Positions 9,861 to 19,575 of a stretch of DNA of 64,000 nucleotides are shown in pieces. Below the pieces are notes generated by a model. It did not search any database. It was not told where the DNA came from and saw only the letters and a program-made list of their open reading frames with translations. Each line of letters opens with the position of its first letter. Within the stretch, counting starts at the first letter, position 1. The stretch lies in contig JANPJS010000016.1 in the NCBI GenBank assembly GCA_031425655.1, positions 1 to 64,000 of the forward strand, read 5' to 3'. A program made the translations under genes and the position numbers. Origin of the DNA: Abditibacteriaceae bacterium (lineage in GTDB: Bacteria; Armatimonadota; Abditibacteriia; Abditibacteriales; Abditibacteriaceae).

Positions 9861-10901
9861 ATGAACGAAACAGTCCTCCAAATCGAAGACTTGAAAACGT
9901 ATTTCTACACCGAAGAGGGCGAGATTCCCGCTGTCAACGGCGTCACGGTGGCGCTGGCGCGCGGCAAGGTGCTGGCGCTTGTCGGCGAAAGCGGCTGCGG
10001 CAAAAGCGTCACGTCCTATTCAATTCTGCGCCTGATTCGCAAGCCCGGCAAAATTGTCGGCGGCAAGATTCTGTTTTATCCAAAAGACGGCGAGCCGGTT
10101 GACATCGCGGCACTCGACGAAAGCTCGGATCAACTCTACAAGGTGCGCGGCGGCCACATCAGCATGATCTTTCAGGAGCCGATGACGGCGCTCAGTCCGG
10201 TGCATACCGTCAATAACCAGATCAGCGAAGCGATTTTGCTGCATCAAAACGTGACGCCGCAGCAAGCCCGCGAAACGGCTATCGAGATGCTGCGCAAAGT
10301 CGGCATTCCCGGCGCGGAGCGGCGCATTGACCAGTATCCGCACGAAATGAGCGGCGGCATGAGGCAGCGCGTGGTGATCGCGATGGCGCTGGTGTGCAAC
10401 CCCGAAATTCTCATCGCCGATGAGCCGACAACCGCCCTCGACGTGACGATTCAAGCGCAAATTCTCAAGCTGATCAAGGACTTGCAAACGGAGCGCGGCA
10501 CTTCGGTGCTTTTCATCACGCATGATCTGGGCGTGGTGGCGCAGATCGCAGACGACGTGGCCGTGATGTATCTCGGACGCGTGGTGGAAAAGGCGCCGGT
10601 GCGCCATGTGCTGAAAGCGCCGCTGCATCCCTACACGATGAGCCTGTTGCAATCGCTGCCCAGCGTGGCGCAGCGAGGCGAACGTTTGCCGGCCATCAAA
10701 GGCAGCGTGCCGTCACTGACCAAAATTCCGCCCGGCTGCCCGTTTCATCCCCGTTGCCCCCACGCCGTTCTAAGCCGCTGCGATGTCGGCAATCCACCGG
10801 CGCTGCGAACCTTCGCCGGAGGCGGTCAGGCGGCGTGTATCCGCGTCGAGGAAATTCATCCGGGCGTAAAGGAAATAAACGCCACGCTGCCCGGCGATTG
10901 A
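9861..10901 (+). CDS. ABC ATP-binding protein, OppD/DppD family
   Basis: Walker A GESGCGKS, MSGGMRQR, DEPTTALD, C-terminal GCPFHPRC. Confidence 0.95.
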   Translation: MNETVLQIEDLKTYFYTEEGEIPAVNGVTVALARGKVLALVGESGCGKSVTSYSILRLIRKPGKIVGGKILFYPKDGEPVDIAALDESSDQLYKVRGGHISMIFQEPMTALSPVHTVNNQISEAILLHQNVTPQQARETAIEMLRKVGIPGAERRIDQYPHEMSGGMRQRVVIAMALVCNPEILIADEPTTALDVTIQAQILKLIKDLQTERGTSVLFITHDLGVVAQIADDVAVMYLGRVVEKAPVRHVLKAPLHPYTMSLLQSLPSVAQRGERLPAIKGSVPSLTKIPPGCPFHPRCPHAVLSRCDVGNPPALRTFAGGGQAACIRVEEIHPGVKEINATLPGD

Positions 10902-10926
10902 AATCGCCGGGCACGAACGAGAAACC

Positions 10927-11955
10927 ATGACAACTGACGCGCCATTATTGCAAGTTCGCAATCTCTGCAAGCACTTCCCGATTATGAGCAAGGGCTTCGC
11001 TCGTAAGCGAATCGGGTCGGTGAAGGCGGTGGACGAGGTCAGTTTCGACCTGCGTCGCGGCGAAACGCTCGGACTCGTCGGCGAAAGCGGCTCCGGCAAA
11101 ACCACCTGCGCGCGGACGATTCTGCGCGCCTTAGCCCCGACCAGCGGCCAGGCTTTGTTCCACGACGACGGCCAGACGATTGACTTAGCAACGCTGTCGG
11201 ACAGCGATCTCAAGCCGCTGCGCCAGAAGATGCAGATGATTTTTCAAGACCCATTTTCATCGCTCAACCCGCGCATGACCGTCGGCGACATCGTGGCGGA
11301 GCCTCTGGTCATTCACAAGCTGGCGAGCGGCAAGGAGTTGGAGGAGCGCGTAGTTGAAATGCTGGTGAAAGTCGGCTTGAAGCCCGAACACCGGCAGCGT
11401 TATCCGCACGCTTTCAGCGGCGGGCAGCGCCAGCGCATCGGCATCGCGCGGGCGCTCATTATGAGGCCGGCGCTCGTTGTCGCCGACGAAGCGGTGTCCG
11501 CGCTCGATGTTTCGGTGCAGGCACAGGTCATTAATCTGCTGGCCGATTTGCAGGACGAGTTCAATCTCACTTACATCTTTGTGGCGCACGATCTCAGCGT
11601 GGTGCAGCACATCTGCGACCGCGTGGCGGTGATGTATGCCGGCAAAATCGTCGAGTTGGCGGCCACCGAAGAATTATTTGAGAATCCGCGCCATCCCTAC
11701 ACGCAGACGCTGCTCTCAGCAATGCCCAACATTGACCCGGATGTGAAAATGGATTTCGGCGTCGGCGGAGAAGTCGCCGACGCGGGCAAACTGCCGCCTG
11801 GATGCAGCTTCCATCCGCGCTGCTCGCACCGCTTCGCGCCCTGCGACAACATCGTGCCGTGGCTCGAACCGCTCCCGGATACGGATTGCCACGCTGCCTG
11901 TCACCTTTATATTCCCGAAGAGAAGAGGGATAACGCCCTTGCTCATGCTAAGTAG
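10927..11955 (+). CDS. ABC ATP-binding protein, OppF/DppF family
   Basis: GESGSGKT, FSGGQRQR, DEAVSALD, GCSFHPRC...ACH. Confidence 0.95.
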   Translation: MTTDAPLLQVRNLCKHFPIMSKGFARKRIGSVKAVDEVSFDLRRGETLGLVGESGSGKTTCARTILRALAPTSGQALFHDDGQTIDLATLSDSDLKPLRQKMQMIFQDPFSSLNPRMTVGDIVAEPLVIHKLASGKELEERVVEMLVKVGLKPEHRQRYPHAFSGGQRQRIGIARALIMRPALVVADEAVSALDVSVQAQVINLLADLQDEFNLTYIFVAHDLSVVQHICDRVAVMYAGKIVELAATEELFENPRHPYTQTLLSAMPNIDPDVKMDFGVGGEVADAGKLPPGCSFHPRCSHRFAPCDNIVPWLEPLPDTDCHAACHLYIPEEKRDNALAHAK

Positions 11956-12080
11956 TGAAAGGGCGGTTGATCTCGAAGGGAGACTCATTGAGCGGGAGGC
12001 GTCGGCTCTGAATGTTCGGCTTACAACGATGGTTTGGACGATGGCTTATTCTTGGGTGGGAGCGGTGTTAGTCTCAGGCT

Positions 12081-13019
12081 ATGTTCGATCAGCTTCGCTT
12101 GATTTTTACGGTTGATTGGCGTATTTTTCAGACGGCGACTTCCGTTTGGTGGCGGGGCGGTAATCCTTATGGGGTTTTATCCCCTGAATTCGACTCGCCC
12201 GGACTCTTCGCTTATCCACCGACTGCACTGACCTGGCTCAGCGTGTTCCTGCCTTTGGGCGCTGCTGGATTTTGGGTTTGGACGGGGCTGCTACTGGGCG
12301 CCTGGCGACTCCTCAGCCGGCGCAGCGGCAAGAACCAAAATTCTCTGCTCATCTGGTCGCCTGTGCTGGTGCATTTTGTGCTGGGGCAAAGCACGTTGGC
12401 GATTGTCCTTGCCGTATGGGCCGTTTATCTGGCGCCGCGTCGAAGTTGGGGGTGCGGGCTTTTACTGGCCTTCGCACTGACCAAGCCGCAGGCTGCGCTC
12501 CTGCCGGTGGCATGGCTGTTGTGGTGCGAGCGCCGCTCTCCTCAGATGCCCCGTCTGGGCGCCGGGTTGATTCTCGGCACTCTGCTTCTTGCCCTGCCTC
12601 CCACGGTGCATAATCCCCGAATATGGCAGGAGTGGATCGGGTCTTTAGGCGCCTACCGGCAAATTATCCAACAGACAGCGCCGTGGCAGGGATTCGGTCT
12701 CTTAGTCCTCCTCCCGACCGCGTGGCTTTGGTGGCGCCAGCAACGCCAGGCGCCGCATCAAGCGCCTTTACAGTCTGTTTGGCCGTGGTTTCTGACTGCG
12801 GCTTTGTTTCCACAAACGGGCGTTTATCCAGCAGTCGTGTTGCTTCCCGCCCTGCATCCTCGCCGAAATTATTGGACCATCGCCGGTTTAGCGCTCGCCA
12901 GTCTCCTGGTCGCCCCCATCACGAGTTTGACCTTGCCCCTTTTCCTTTCCGGCCAAATCCTGTCCGGCTGGCTTATTAATGGCGGGCCGTCGCCCCGGTT
13001 CAGCGAAGAAAAGTTGTGA
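12081..13019 (+). CDS. GT87 / DUF2029-like membrane glycosyltransferase
   Basis: NPY...FAYPP, GQ and KPQ motifs in a polytopic membrane protein. Confidence 0.7.
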   Translation: MFDQLRLIFTVDWRIFQTATSVWWRGGNPYGVLSPEFDSPGLFAYPPTALTWLSVFLPLGAAGFWVWTGLLLGAWRLLSRRSGKNQNSLLIWSPVLVHFVLGQSTLAIVLAVWAVYLAPRRSWGCGLLLAFALTKPQAALLPVAWLLWCERRSPQMPRLGAGLILGTLLLALPPTVHNPRIWQEWIGSLGAYRQIIQQTAPWQGFGLLVLLPTAWLWWRQQRQAPHQAPLQSVWPWFLTAALFPQTGVYPAVVLLPALHPRRNYWTIAGLALASLLVAPITSLTLPLFLSGQILSGWLINGGPSPRFSEEKL

Positions 13020-13241
13020 GAAGCTGTCTGAAAATAGCTATCAATCCTGAGTTGAGCCGCTTTTCAATAGGACGCGGAGCTTCGCTTTTCTGCCCAGAGG
13101 GCGCCCGAAACGGCTTTGAAGGCGCGGTTTTCCAGAAAAAAATCCGCGAAAATCCGCGCACAACGTCCGCGTAGCGAAGCTCCGCGTCCTATTGAAAAAT
13201 ATTCGCTTTGAGGCTTTGACGAATTCTCAGACTGATTCTTA
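13017..13241. mobile_element. MITE-like element, family A copy 2
   Basis: Highly similar to 2039-2258; its ends coincide with the stop codons of both convergent flanking genes. Confidence 0.85.
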
Positions 13242-15713
13242 AGGACGCATCCGAAATTTTAATAATCGCAGCGCATTGGCGACGACGATCAAAGTGCTGC
13301 CCTCGTGGAAAATGACGGCGATGCCCAAGCGCGCGAAGCCGAACAGCGTCGAAGGCACCAAGATGGCGATCACGCCCAAAGAAATCCACAAATTCTGGCG
13401 GATAATCGCTTTGGCCTGACGGCTGAGCGCGACGGCAAAAGGCAGCTTCGCCATGTCGTCGCCCATCAATGCCACATCGGCGGTTTCCAACGCCACGTCG
13501 GTGCCGCCGGCACCCATCGCGATGCCGACCGTCGCCTGGGCCAGAGCCGGAGCATCGTTGACGCCATCGCCCACCATCGCCACTTGGCCGTGTTGCTTTA
13601 TGAGCGCGTTGATGGCCTCGACTTTGTTTTCCGGCAGCAAATCGGCGCGAAACTCCGTGACTCCGGCTTGCGGCGCGATATGACTGGCCACGCGCGCGTT
13701 GTCGCCGGTCAGCATGACTAAAGTGCCGACACCGATTTGCCGCAGCATTTCCAACGCCTTTTTCGATTCGGGGCGGATTTCGTCGGCGAAGGACAAAGCG
13801 CCCAAAAACTTATCGCCTCGGCTGACGATCATTGTCGGCTTGCCGCTATCGCCCAACAGGGTGACTTTTTCCAAAAGCGCGGCAGGAACCGGCATTTTCG
13901 CTTCTTCAAACATCCGCGCATTGCCGATTCGCACCAGTTGTCCGCCGACTTCGGCCTGCACGCCGCGTCCCTGTAAGTTTTGTAGTTCGCCGGAATCGGG
14001 CAGCGCCAATTTGTCGTTTTGCGCGCGACGCACGACGGCCTCGGCCAACGGATGCGAAGAGCGCGTTTCGACGGCTGCGGCGATTTGCAGCAACTGTGGT
14101 TCGCTGACGCCTTCCCACGGCACGATGTCGGCAACTTCGGGGCGCCCGCGCGTGAGCGTGCCGGTTTTGTCGAAAGCGATGGCGTTCAGGCTGCCCAAGT
14201 TTTCCAGATGCACGCCGCCTTTAATCAGCACGCCGTTGCGCGCCGCCTGGGCGATGCCCGCCAAAACCGCTGCCGGAGTTGCCAACGCCAAAGCGCACGG
14301 CGAAGCCGCAACAAGAGTGGACAGGGCGCGCAAGACCGCTTCTTTCCACGACAACCAACCGGCCAACGGCGGCACAATGGCGGCTAAAACCACGACGCCG
14401 ATGATGACCGGCACAAAAACGCGCTCGAAGTTTTCCGAAAAGGTTTGCGAAGGCGCTTTCTGGCTTTGCGCTTCCTCGACCATCTGCATAACGCGCGCGA
14501 TGGCGGTGTCTTGAGCCAATTTTGTGACTTCAACTTCCAGCGCGCCGTCGCCGTTGATCGTGCCCGCAAATACGCCGTCGCCGGGCGCTTTTTCGACGGG
14601 CACACTTTCGCCTGTAATCGGGCTTTGGTCAATGGCCGAATGGCCTTCGCGGATGGTGCCGTCAACGGCAACGCGGTCGCCGGGCCGCACGATGGCAACA
14701 TCGCCGACTTGGATTTGCTCAATCGGCACTTCGATTTCCTGAGCGCCGCGCCGCACGCGCGCCGTTTTCGGCGTCAGCTTGCCCAACGCCGCAATCGCGT
14801 TGCGCGCTTTTTCCATCGCCGAATGTTCGAGGGCGTGGCCGAGCGAAAAGAGGAACAATAGAAACGCGCCTTCGCCCCACTCGCCTAAAAATGCTGCGCC
14901 GACGGCACCGGCCAACATCAGAAAATCTACGTTGAAGCGGCCTGAAAGCATGGCCGGAACAGCGTGCCGCGTCAGGTTGAAACCGCCCGCCAAGTAAGCC
15001 CCAACATAGAACGCGATAGCCGCCGCTGCGGGCCAACCCAACCACTGTTCGCCCGCGAAGCCAATTGTTAGCAGCACACCCGACAAGACTGATAAGGCCA
15101 ACTCCAAGTTTTTCTGCAGCCAGCCGCCGCGTTCGGCGTGCGAATGGCCTTCGTGTTCGTCTTTGGGCTTGGCTGTGGCGGGGTCTGTGTGTTCGTGCCC
15201 GGCGTGGTCGTTCGGGCGCGGAGTGGAAAGCGCCATCGGCAGGCCGCGTTCGCCGGACGGCACGCGATAACCAAGTTTGTTGACGGCTTTGACGAGCGCA
15301 GCGCGATCAACTAAAGTCGAATCGTATTCGACTTTCATTTTCTGCGTCGGATAGTTCACGCCGACGTTCAGCACGCCGGGCTGCTTGCGAACGATGTGTT
15401 CAATCGAAGCAGCGCACGAAGCGCAGTCCATGCCCGCAATCAGCAGCGTTTCGTGACGAAACCGCTGCGTGATAGCCGCGCCCTCATCACGCGCCAAACG
15501 CTCCAATTTTTCCAGCGGCACTAAATTTGGGTCGTAGTGCAGGCACAAAAGCGTTTTGCCGTTTTGCTCGTCGAGATGCACCTGATGAATGCCGGTTTGC
15601 TCGATTAACCGCTCTTGCAGCCGCGCCACACAGCCGTCGGCAGCGCTGTCCACGCCCGGCAAAACGTGAGGAATTTCCAGTTGCAGCGTCGGTTCTTGCG
15701 TGTGATAGGACAT
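13239..15713 (-). CDS. Heavy-metal P1B-type ATPase (SPC/HEGST, P1B-4-like) with N-terminal HMA domains
   Basis: GMDCASC, TGES, SPCAL, DKTGTLT, SSHPLA, GDGVNDAP, HEGST. Confidence 0.95.
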   Translation of the reverse strand: MSYHTQEPTLQLEIPHVLPGVDSAADGCVARLQERLIEQTGIHQVHLDEQNGKTLLCLHYDPNLVPLEKLERLARDEGAAITQRFRHETLLIAGMDCASCAASIEHIVRKQPGVLNVGVNYPTQKMKVEYDSTLVDRAALVKAVNKLGYRVPSGERGLPMALSTPRPNDHAGHEHTDPATAKPKDEHEGHSHAERGGWLQKNLELALSVLSGVLLTIGFAGEQWLGWPAAAAIAFYVGAYLAGGFNLTRHAVPAMLSGRFNVDFLMLAGAVGAAFLGEWGEGAFLLFLFSLGHALEHSAMEKARNAIAALGKLTPKTARVRRGAQEIEVPIEQIQVGDVAIVRPGDRVAVDGTIREGHSAIDQSPITGESVPVEKAPGDGVFAGTINGDGALEVEVTKLAQDTAIARVMQMVEEAQSQKAPSQTFSENFERVFVPVIIGVVVLAAIVPPLAGWLSWKEAVLRALSTLVAASPCALALATPAAVLAGIAQAARNGVLIKGGVHLENLGSLNAIAFDKTGTLTRGRPEVADIVPWEGVSEPQLLQIAAAVETRSSHPLAEAVVRRAQNDKLALPDSGELQNLQGRGVQAEVGGQLVRIGNARMFEEAKMPVPAALLEKVTLLGDSGKPTMIVSRGDKFLGALSFADEIRPESKKALEMLRQIGVGTLVMLTGDNARVASHIAPQAGVTEFRADLLPENKVEAINALIKQHGQVAMVGDGVNDAPALAQATVGIAMGAGGTDVALETADVALMGDDMAKLPFAVALSRQAKAIIRQNLWISLGVIAILVPSTLFGFARLGIAVIFHEGSTLIVVANALRLLKFRMRP

Positions 15714-15783
15714 AAACAGAGTTTATTTTATGAGTTTGCGAAGTTATCAGCTTCAACTTAGGAGAGCGTCCATTTCTCACCTG

Positions 15784-18700
15784 TTAAACCTCAACCGCCT
15801 GCCGCTCATCTTTCTCGAACCAGTTATACAGCGTGGGCAGCACGAAAAGCGTGAGTAGCGTGGACGTGATTAAGCCGCCGATGACGACGGTTGCCAGTGG
15901 CCGCTGCACTTCGGCACCGGCGCCGTGCCCCATCGCCATCGGCAAAAATCCGATGCTGGCCACTGCCGCCGTCATCAAAACCGGGCGCAGGCGCAGCAAA
16001 CAGCCGCGTTCGACGGCTTCGCGCAACGGCACGCCTTCGCTGCGAAGTTGGTTGATGAAACTTACCAAAACCAAACCGTTCAAAACCGCGACGCCAAAAA
16101 GCGCGATGAAGCCGACCGCCGCCGACATCGAAAAGGGAATGCCGCGAAACAAGAGCGCCAAAATGCCGCCGGTAATGGCGAAAGGAATGCCGGTAAAAAC
16201 CAAAGCCGCTTGTTTCATCGAGCCGAAAGTAGTGAAAAGCAGCAGAAAAATGACGGCGAAAGTGATCGGCACAATCAGCGCCAAACGAGCACGTCCGCTT
16301 TGCAGTTTTTCGTAGTTGCCGCCGTATTCCAAACGATAGCCGGGCGGCAGTTTGACTTCGCGCTCGATTTTGTCGCGCGCTTCTTCGACAAAGCTTCCCA
16401 AGTCGCGTCCGCGCACGTTGCTTTGAATCACGACGCGGCGGCTGCCGTTTTCGCGCGAGATTTGAACCGGGCCTTCGGTTGAATTAATCGAAGCCAACTG
16501 GCCAAGAGGAATCGCGCTTCCGTCCGGCGCGGGCACCGTGATGCGTCCAATCGCTTCGGGATCGCGGCGATACGATTCGGCCAAACGCAAAGCAATCGGA
16601 AACTTGGCGTCGCCCTGAATAATTTGCCCGACTTCCTGCCCGCCGATGGCGGCTTGAATCACTTGCTGCACATCGGCGATGTTGATGCCGTGTCGCGCGA
16701 TGGCCTCGCGGTGAATATCAATATCCAAAACCGGCAAACCTTCGGTCGCTTCGACGGCGACATCGGCGTTGCCCGGCACGCTTCGCAATACTTTGCCGAT
16801 TTCCGCGCCTTTTTGTGCCAATGTTTGCAAGTCGTCGCCGTAAAGTTTGATGCCCAATTCGCTGCGGATGCCGACGCCTTCGATCAGTTCGTTCATACGC
16901 ATTTGAATCGGCTGCGTCATCGAAATGCCCATGCCGGGCATCGCTTCGGATTTTTCGGCGATGGCCGTTACCAACTCGTCTTTGGAGTGCGCTTTTTTCC
17001 AATTCTCCATCGGCCTCAGCGTCATGATTAAATCGTGCTGCGAGGGCAGCATCGGGTCGGTGGCGACTTCGGGCCGGCCAATGCGCGTGAAAACTGCCGA
17101 TATTTCATCGGGAAATTCGCGCAGAAGCATTTTTTCGTAGGCCGTGGCACGCTCAACTGCGTATTCGATGCTCATCGAAGGCGGATAACCGATTTGAACG
17201 GCAACCGATCCTTCGTCCAGTTGCGGCAAAAATTCGCTGCCCAAACGCGGAAATAGCGCGGCGCAAAACAGAAAAAACCCAATGGCTCCGGCTAAAACCG
17301 GAAAGCGATGATTTAAAGCCCAGCGCAAGGCCGGCGCGTAGCCTTTGGCCGAATAAGTGATGATCGGCGATTCTTTTTCGCTTTTTACGCGCAAAAAATA
17401 AGCGCACAAAGCGGGAATCACGGTCATCGAAAGCAGCAACGCGCCGATTAAAGCCATGATGACGACCAAGCCCATCGGCTTGAACATTTTGCCTTCGATG
17501 CCAACCAGCGACAAAATCGGCAGATAAGCGGCGATGATAATCATCTCGCCGAACTGCGATGATTGCCGCACCTCGACTGCGCCCTCGTAAATTTCGGCAA
17601 GCCGCTCTTCTTCAGTCAAATCGCGCCCCAGATTGTGCCGCGCTTCGGCCAATCTTCGCACCGCGTTTTCGACGATGATAACCGCGCCGTCCACGATGAG
17701 GCCAAAGTCAACGGCGCCCAAACTCATCAGGTTGGCCGAAACCCCGAAATATCTCATGCCGATGATGGCGAAAAACATGGCCAACGGAATCGCCGCCGAC
17801 ACGATCAAGCCCGCGCGCAGTTGAAGCAGAAACAAAAACAGCACGCCGATGACGAGCAGGCCGCCTTCGGCCAAGTTTTTAATCGCCGTGCCCAAGGTGC
17901 GACTGATGAGTTCGCCTCTGTCCAATTCGCCGACGAGTTTGGTTCCCGCAGGCAGAGTTTTCTGGATTTTTTCGACGCGCTCTTTAACACGATCTACCAC
18001 GATGCGCCCGTTTTCTCCGAGCAGCAGCATAGTGATTCCCGCGACGGCTTCGCCCTTGCCGCCTTTGGTCACGGCGCCCTGACGCGGACGCCCGCCGGTT
18101 GTGACGACGGCCACATCGCGTATCATAATCGGCACGCCGCTTTGGGCTTTAAGCACGATGGTTTCGATGTCGCGCGCACTTTGCAAAGTGCCCACGCCGC
18201 GCACTAATTGCTGCTCGTCGCCCCTGTTGAGGTAACCTCCGCCCGCGTTCTGATTGTTTTGTTCCAGCGCTAAGGCCACGTCGCGCACGCTTAATCTACG
18301 CGCCGCGAGTTTTTGCGGGTCAACAATCACTTGATACTGCTTGGCCTGTCCGCCCCAGGTGTTGACTTCACTCAAACCCGGAACGGTTCGCAGTTGCGGC
18401 TTGACGGTGTAATCCATCAAGGTGCGCCGCTCTTCCAAGTTTTGCGGGCCATCCAAAAACAGATAATAAATCTCGCCCAGTCCCGTAGAAACCGGCCCCA
18501 TTTCGGGTTTTGCGCCGGTCGGCAACTCGTCCTGCGCGCTTTGCAAGCGCTCGAAGACCATTTGGCGCGCGAAATAAATATCTACGTTGTCTTCGAAAAT
18601 CACCGTAACCTGCGAAAGCCCGAACTGTGAAATCGAGCGTGTTTCCTGCAAACGCGGCATTCCCGCCAGAGCGACTTCGAGTGGAAACGTGACCTGCCGC

Positions 18701-18885
18701 TCGATTTCCGGCGGCGCCAATCCGGCCACGACCGTATTAATTTGCACCTGTTTGTTGGTGACATCGGGAATAGCGTCAATCGGCAGATTGAGGGCGTTGT
18801 AAGCGCCCGCGACCAATAAAATCAGCGCCATCAGCAAAACGAAAAACCGCTGTTTGATGGAAAAGCGGATCAATAGGTTAATCAT
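15784..18885 (-). CDS. czcA: CusA/CzcA family heavy-metal RND permease (1033 aa)
   Basis: LPIDAIPDVTNKQVQINT, ANLMSLGAVDFGLIVDGAVIIVEN, RLRPVLMTA, GAEVQRPLATVVIGG; start at ATG 18885. Confidence 0.92.
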   Translation of the reverse strand: MINLLIRFSIKQRFFVLLMALILLVAGAYNALNLPIDAIPDVTNKQVQINTVVAGLAPPEIERQVTFPLEVALAGMPRLQETRSISQFGLSQVTVIFEDNVDIYFARQMVFERLQSAQDELPTGAKPEMGPVSTGLGEIYYLFLDGPQNLEERRTLMDYTVKPQLRTVPGLSEVNTWGGQAKQYQVIVDPQKLAARRLSVRDVALALEQNNQNAGGGYLNRGDEQQLVRGVGTLQSARDIETIVLKAQSGVPIMIRDVAVVTTGGRPRQGAVTKGGKGEAVAGITMLLLGENGRIVVDRVKERVEKIQKTLPAGTKLVGELDRGELISRTLGTAIKNLAEGGLLVIGVLFLFLLQLRAGLIVSAAIPLAMFFAIIGMRYFGVSANLMSLGAVDFGLIVDGAVIIVENAVRRLAEARHNLGRDLTEEERLAEIYEGAVEVRQSSQFGEMIIIAAYLPILSLVGIEGKMFKPMGLVVIMALIGALLLSMTVIPALCAYFLRVKSEKESPIITYSAKGYAPALRWALNHRFPVLAGAIGFFLFCAALFPRLGSEFLPQLDEGSVAVQIGYPPSMSIEYAVERATAYEKMLLREFPDEISAVFTRIGRPEVATDPMLPSQHDLIMTLRPMENWKKAHSKDELVTAIAEKSEAMPGMGISMTQPIQMRMNELIEGVGIRSELGIKLYGDDLQTLAQKGAEIGKVLRSVPGNADVAVEATEGLPVLDIDIHREAIARHGINIADVQQVIQAAIGGQEVGQIIQGDAKFPIALRLAESYRRDPEAIGRITVPAPDGSAIPLGQLASINSTEGPVQISRENGSRRVVIQSNVRGRDLGSFVEEARDKIEREVKLPPGYRLEYGGNYEKLQSGRARLALIVPITFAVIFLLLFTTFGSMKQAALVFTGIPFAITGGILALLFRGIPFSMSAAVGFIALFGVAVLNGLVLVSFINQLRSEGVPLREAVERGCLLRLRPVLMTAAVASIGFLPMAMGHGAGAEVQRPLATVVIGGLITSTLLTLFVLPTLYNWFEKDERQAVEV

Positions 18886-19573
18886 GGGTGTTTTCCTCCG
18901 ATTCACACGCCGCGCCTGAAGCGTGGCAGCCACAACTTTGCCCCTGCCAGCTTTGCCAGCCTTCTTTAACGATGATGGGCGTCATAGCCAGAGCAGCCAC
19001 AGAATCAGCCCACCACCAGCCGAAAAAGGCATTTAAAATCAGGCCGGCCAGCACGATAATCGAGAGGTAAACGCAAATATCGGTTTGGCGTGAGTCGGCT
19101 TCCAAGGCGCGGCTTCCCAGAAGTTGTCCGGTGCGCCGTTTGGCTCTGGCTAAAAATGGCATCACGAATACAGAAAGCGTCGTCATGCCCACGCCCAACC
19201 AAGAAATTTCGGGTGCTTCCTTACGCAGCAACGAACTTCCAGCATCGAAGGCAATATAAGCCGCCAAAACTAAAAACGCCATGCCTACCAAGCGCAAGGC
19301 GATGGGTTCGCGGCTTTCTCCCACTTCGCCATCACGCAAGCGCCACAAAAGAACGGCGCCGGACAGCGATTCGATAAAAGAATCCACGCCAAAGCCGATC
19401 AGCGCCACACTGCCCGCCAAAACTCCGGCTGTGATGGAAACGCCGCCTTCGAGCACATTCCAAGCTAAAGTCAGGTATTCCAGCCGCCTTCCGCGTTGCA
19501 GCAGTTGAGCGCGAGAAACCATTTTTGTAGCGGGCGCAGGCACGCTTTCGGATGAAAGGTTTAAGTTGTTCAT
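18878..19573 (-). CDS. Cation diffusion facilitator-type cation transporter (short form)
   Basis: GSVALIGFGVDSFIE, LEADSRQT, WWWADSVAAL; CGCH tail. Confidence 0.85.
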   Translation of the reverse strand: MNNLNLSSESVPAPATKMVSRAQLLQRGRRLEYLTLAWNVLEGGVSITAGVLAGSVALIGFGVDSFIESLSGAVLLWRLRDGEVGESREPIALRLVGMAFLVLAAYIAFDAGSSLLRKEAPEISWLGVGMTTLSVFVMPFLARAKRRTGQLLGSRALEADSRQTDICVYLSIIVLAGLILNAFFGWWWADSVAALAMTPIIVKEGWQSWQGQSCGCHASGAACESEENTHD

Positions 19574-19575
19574 TG

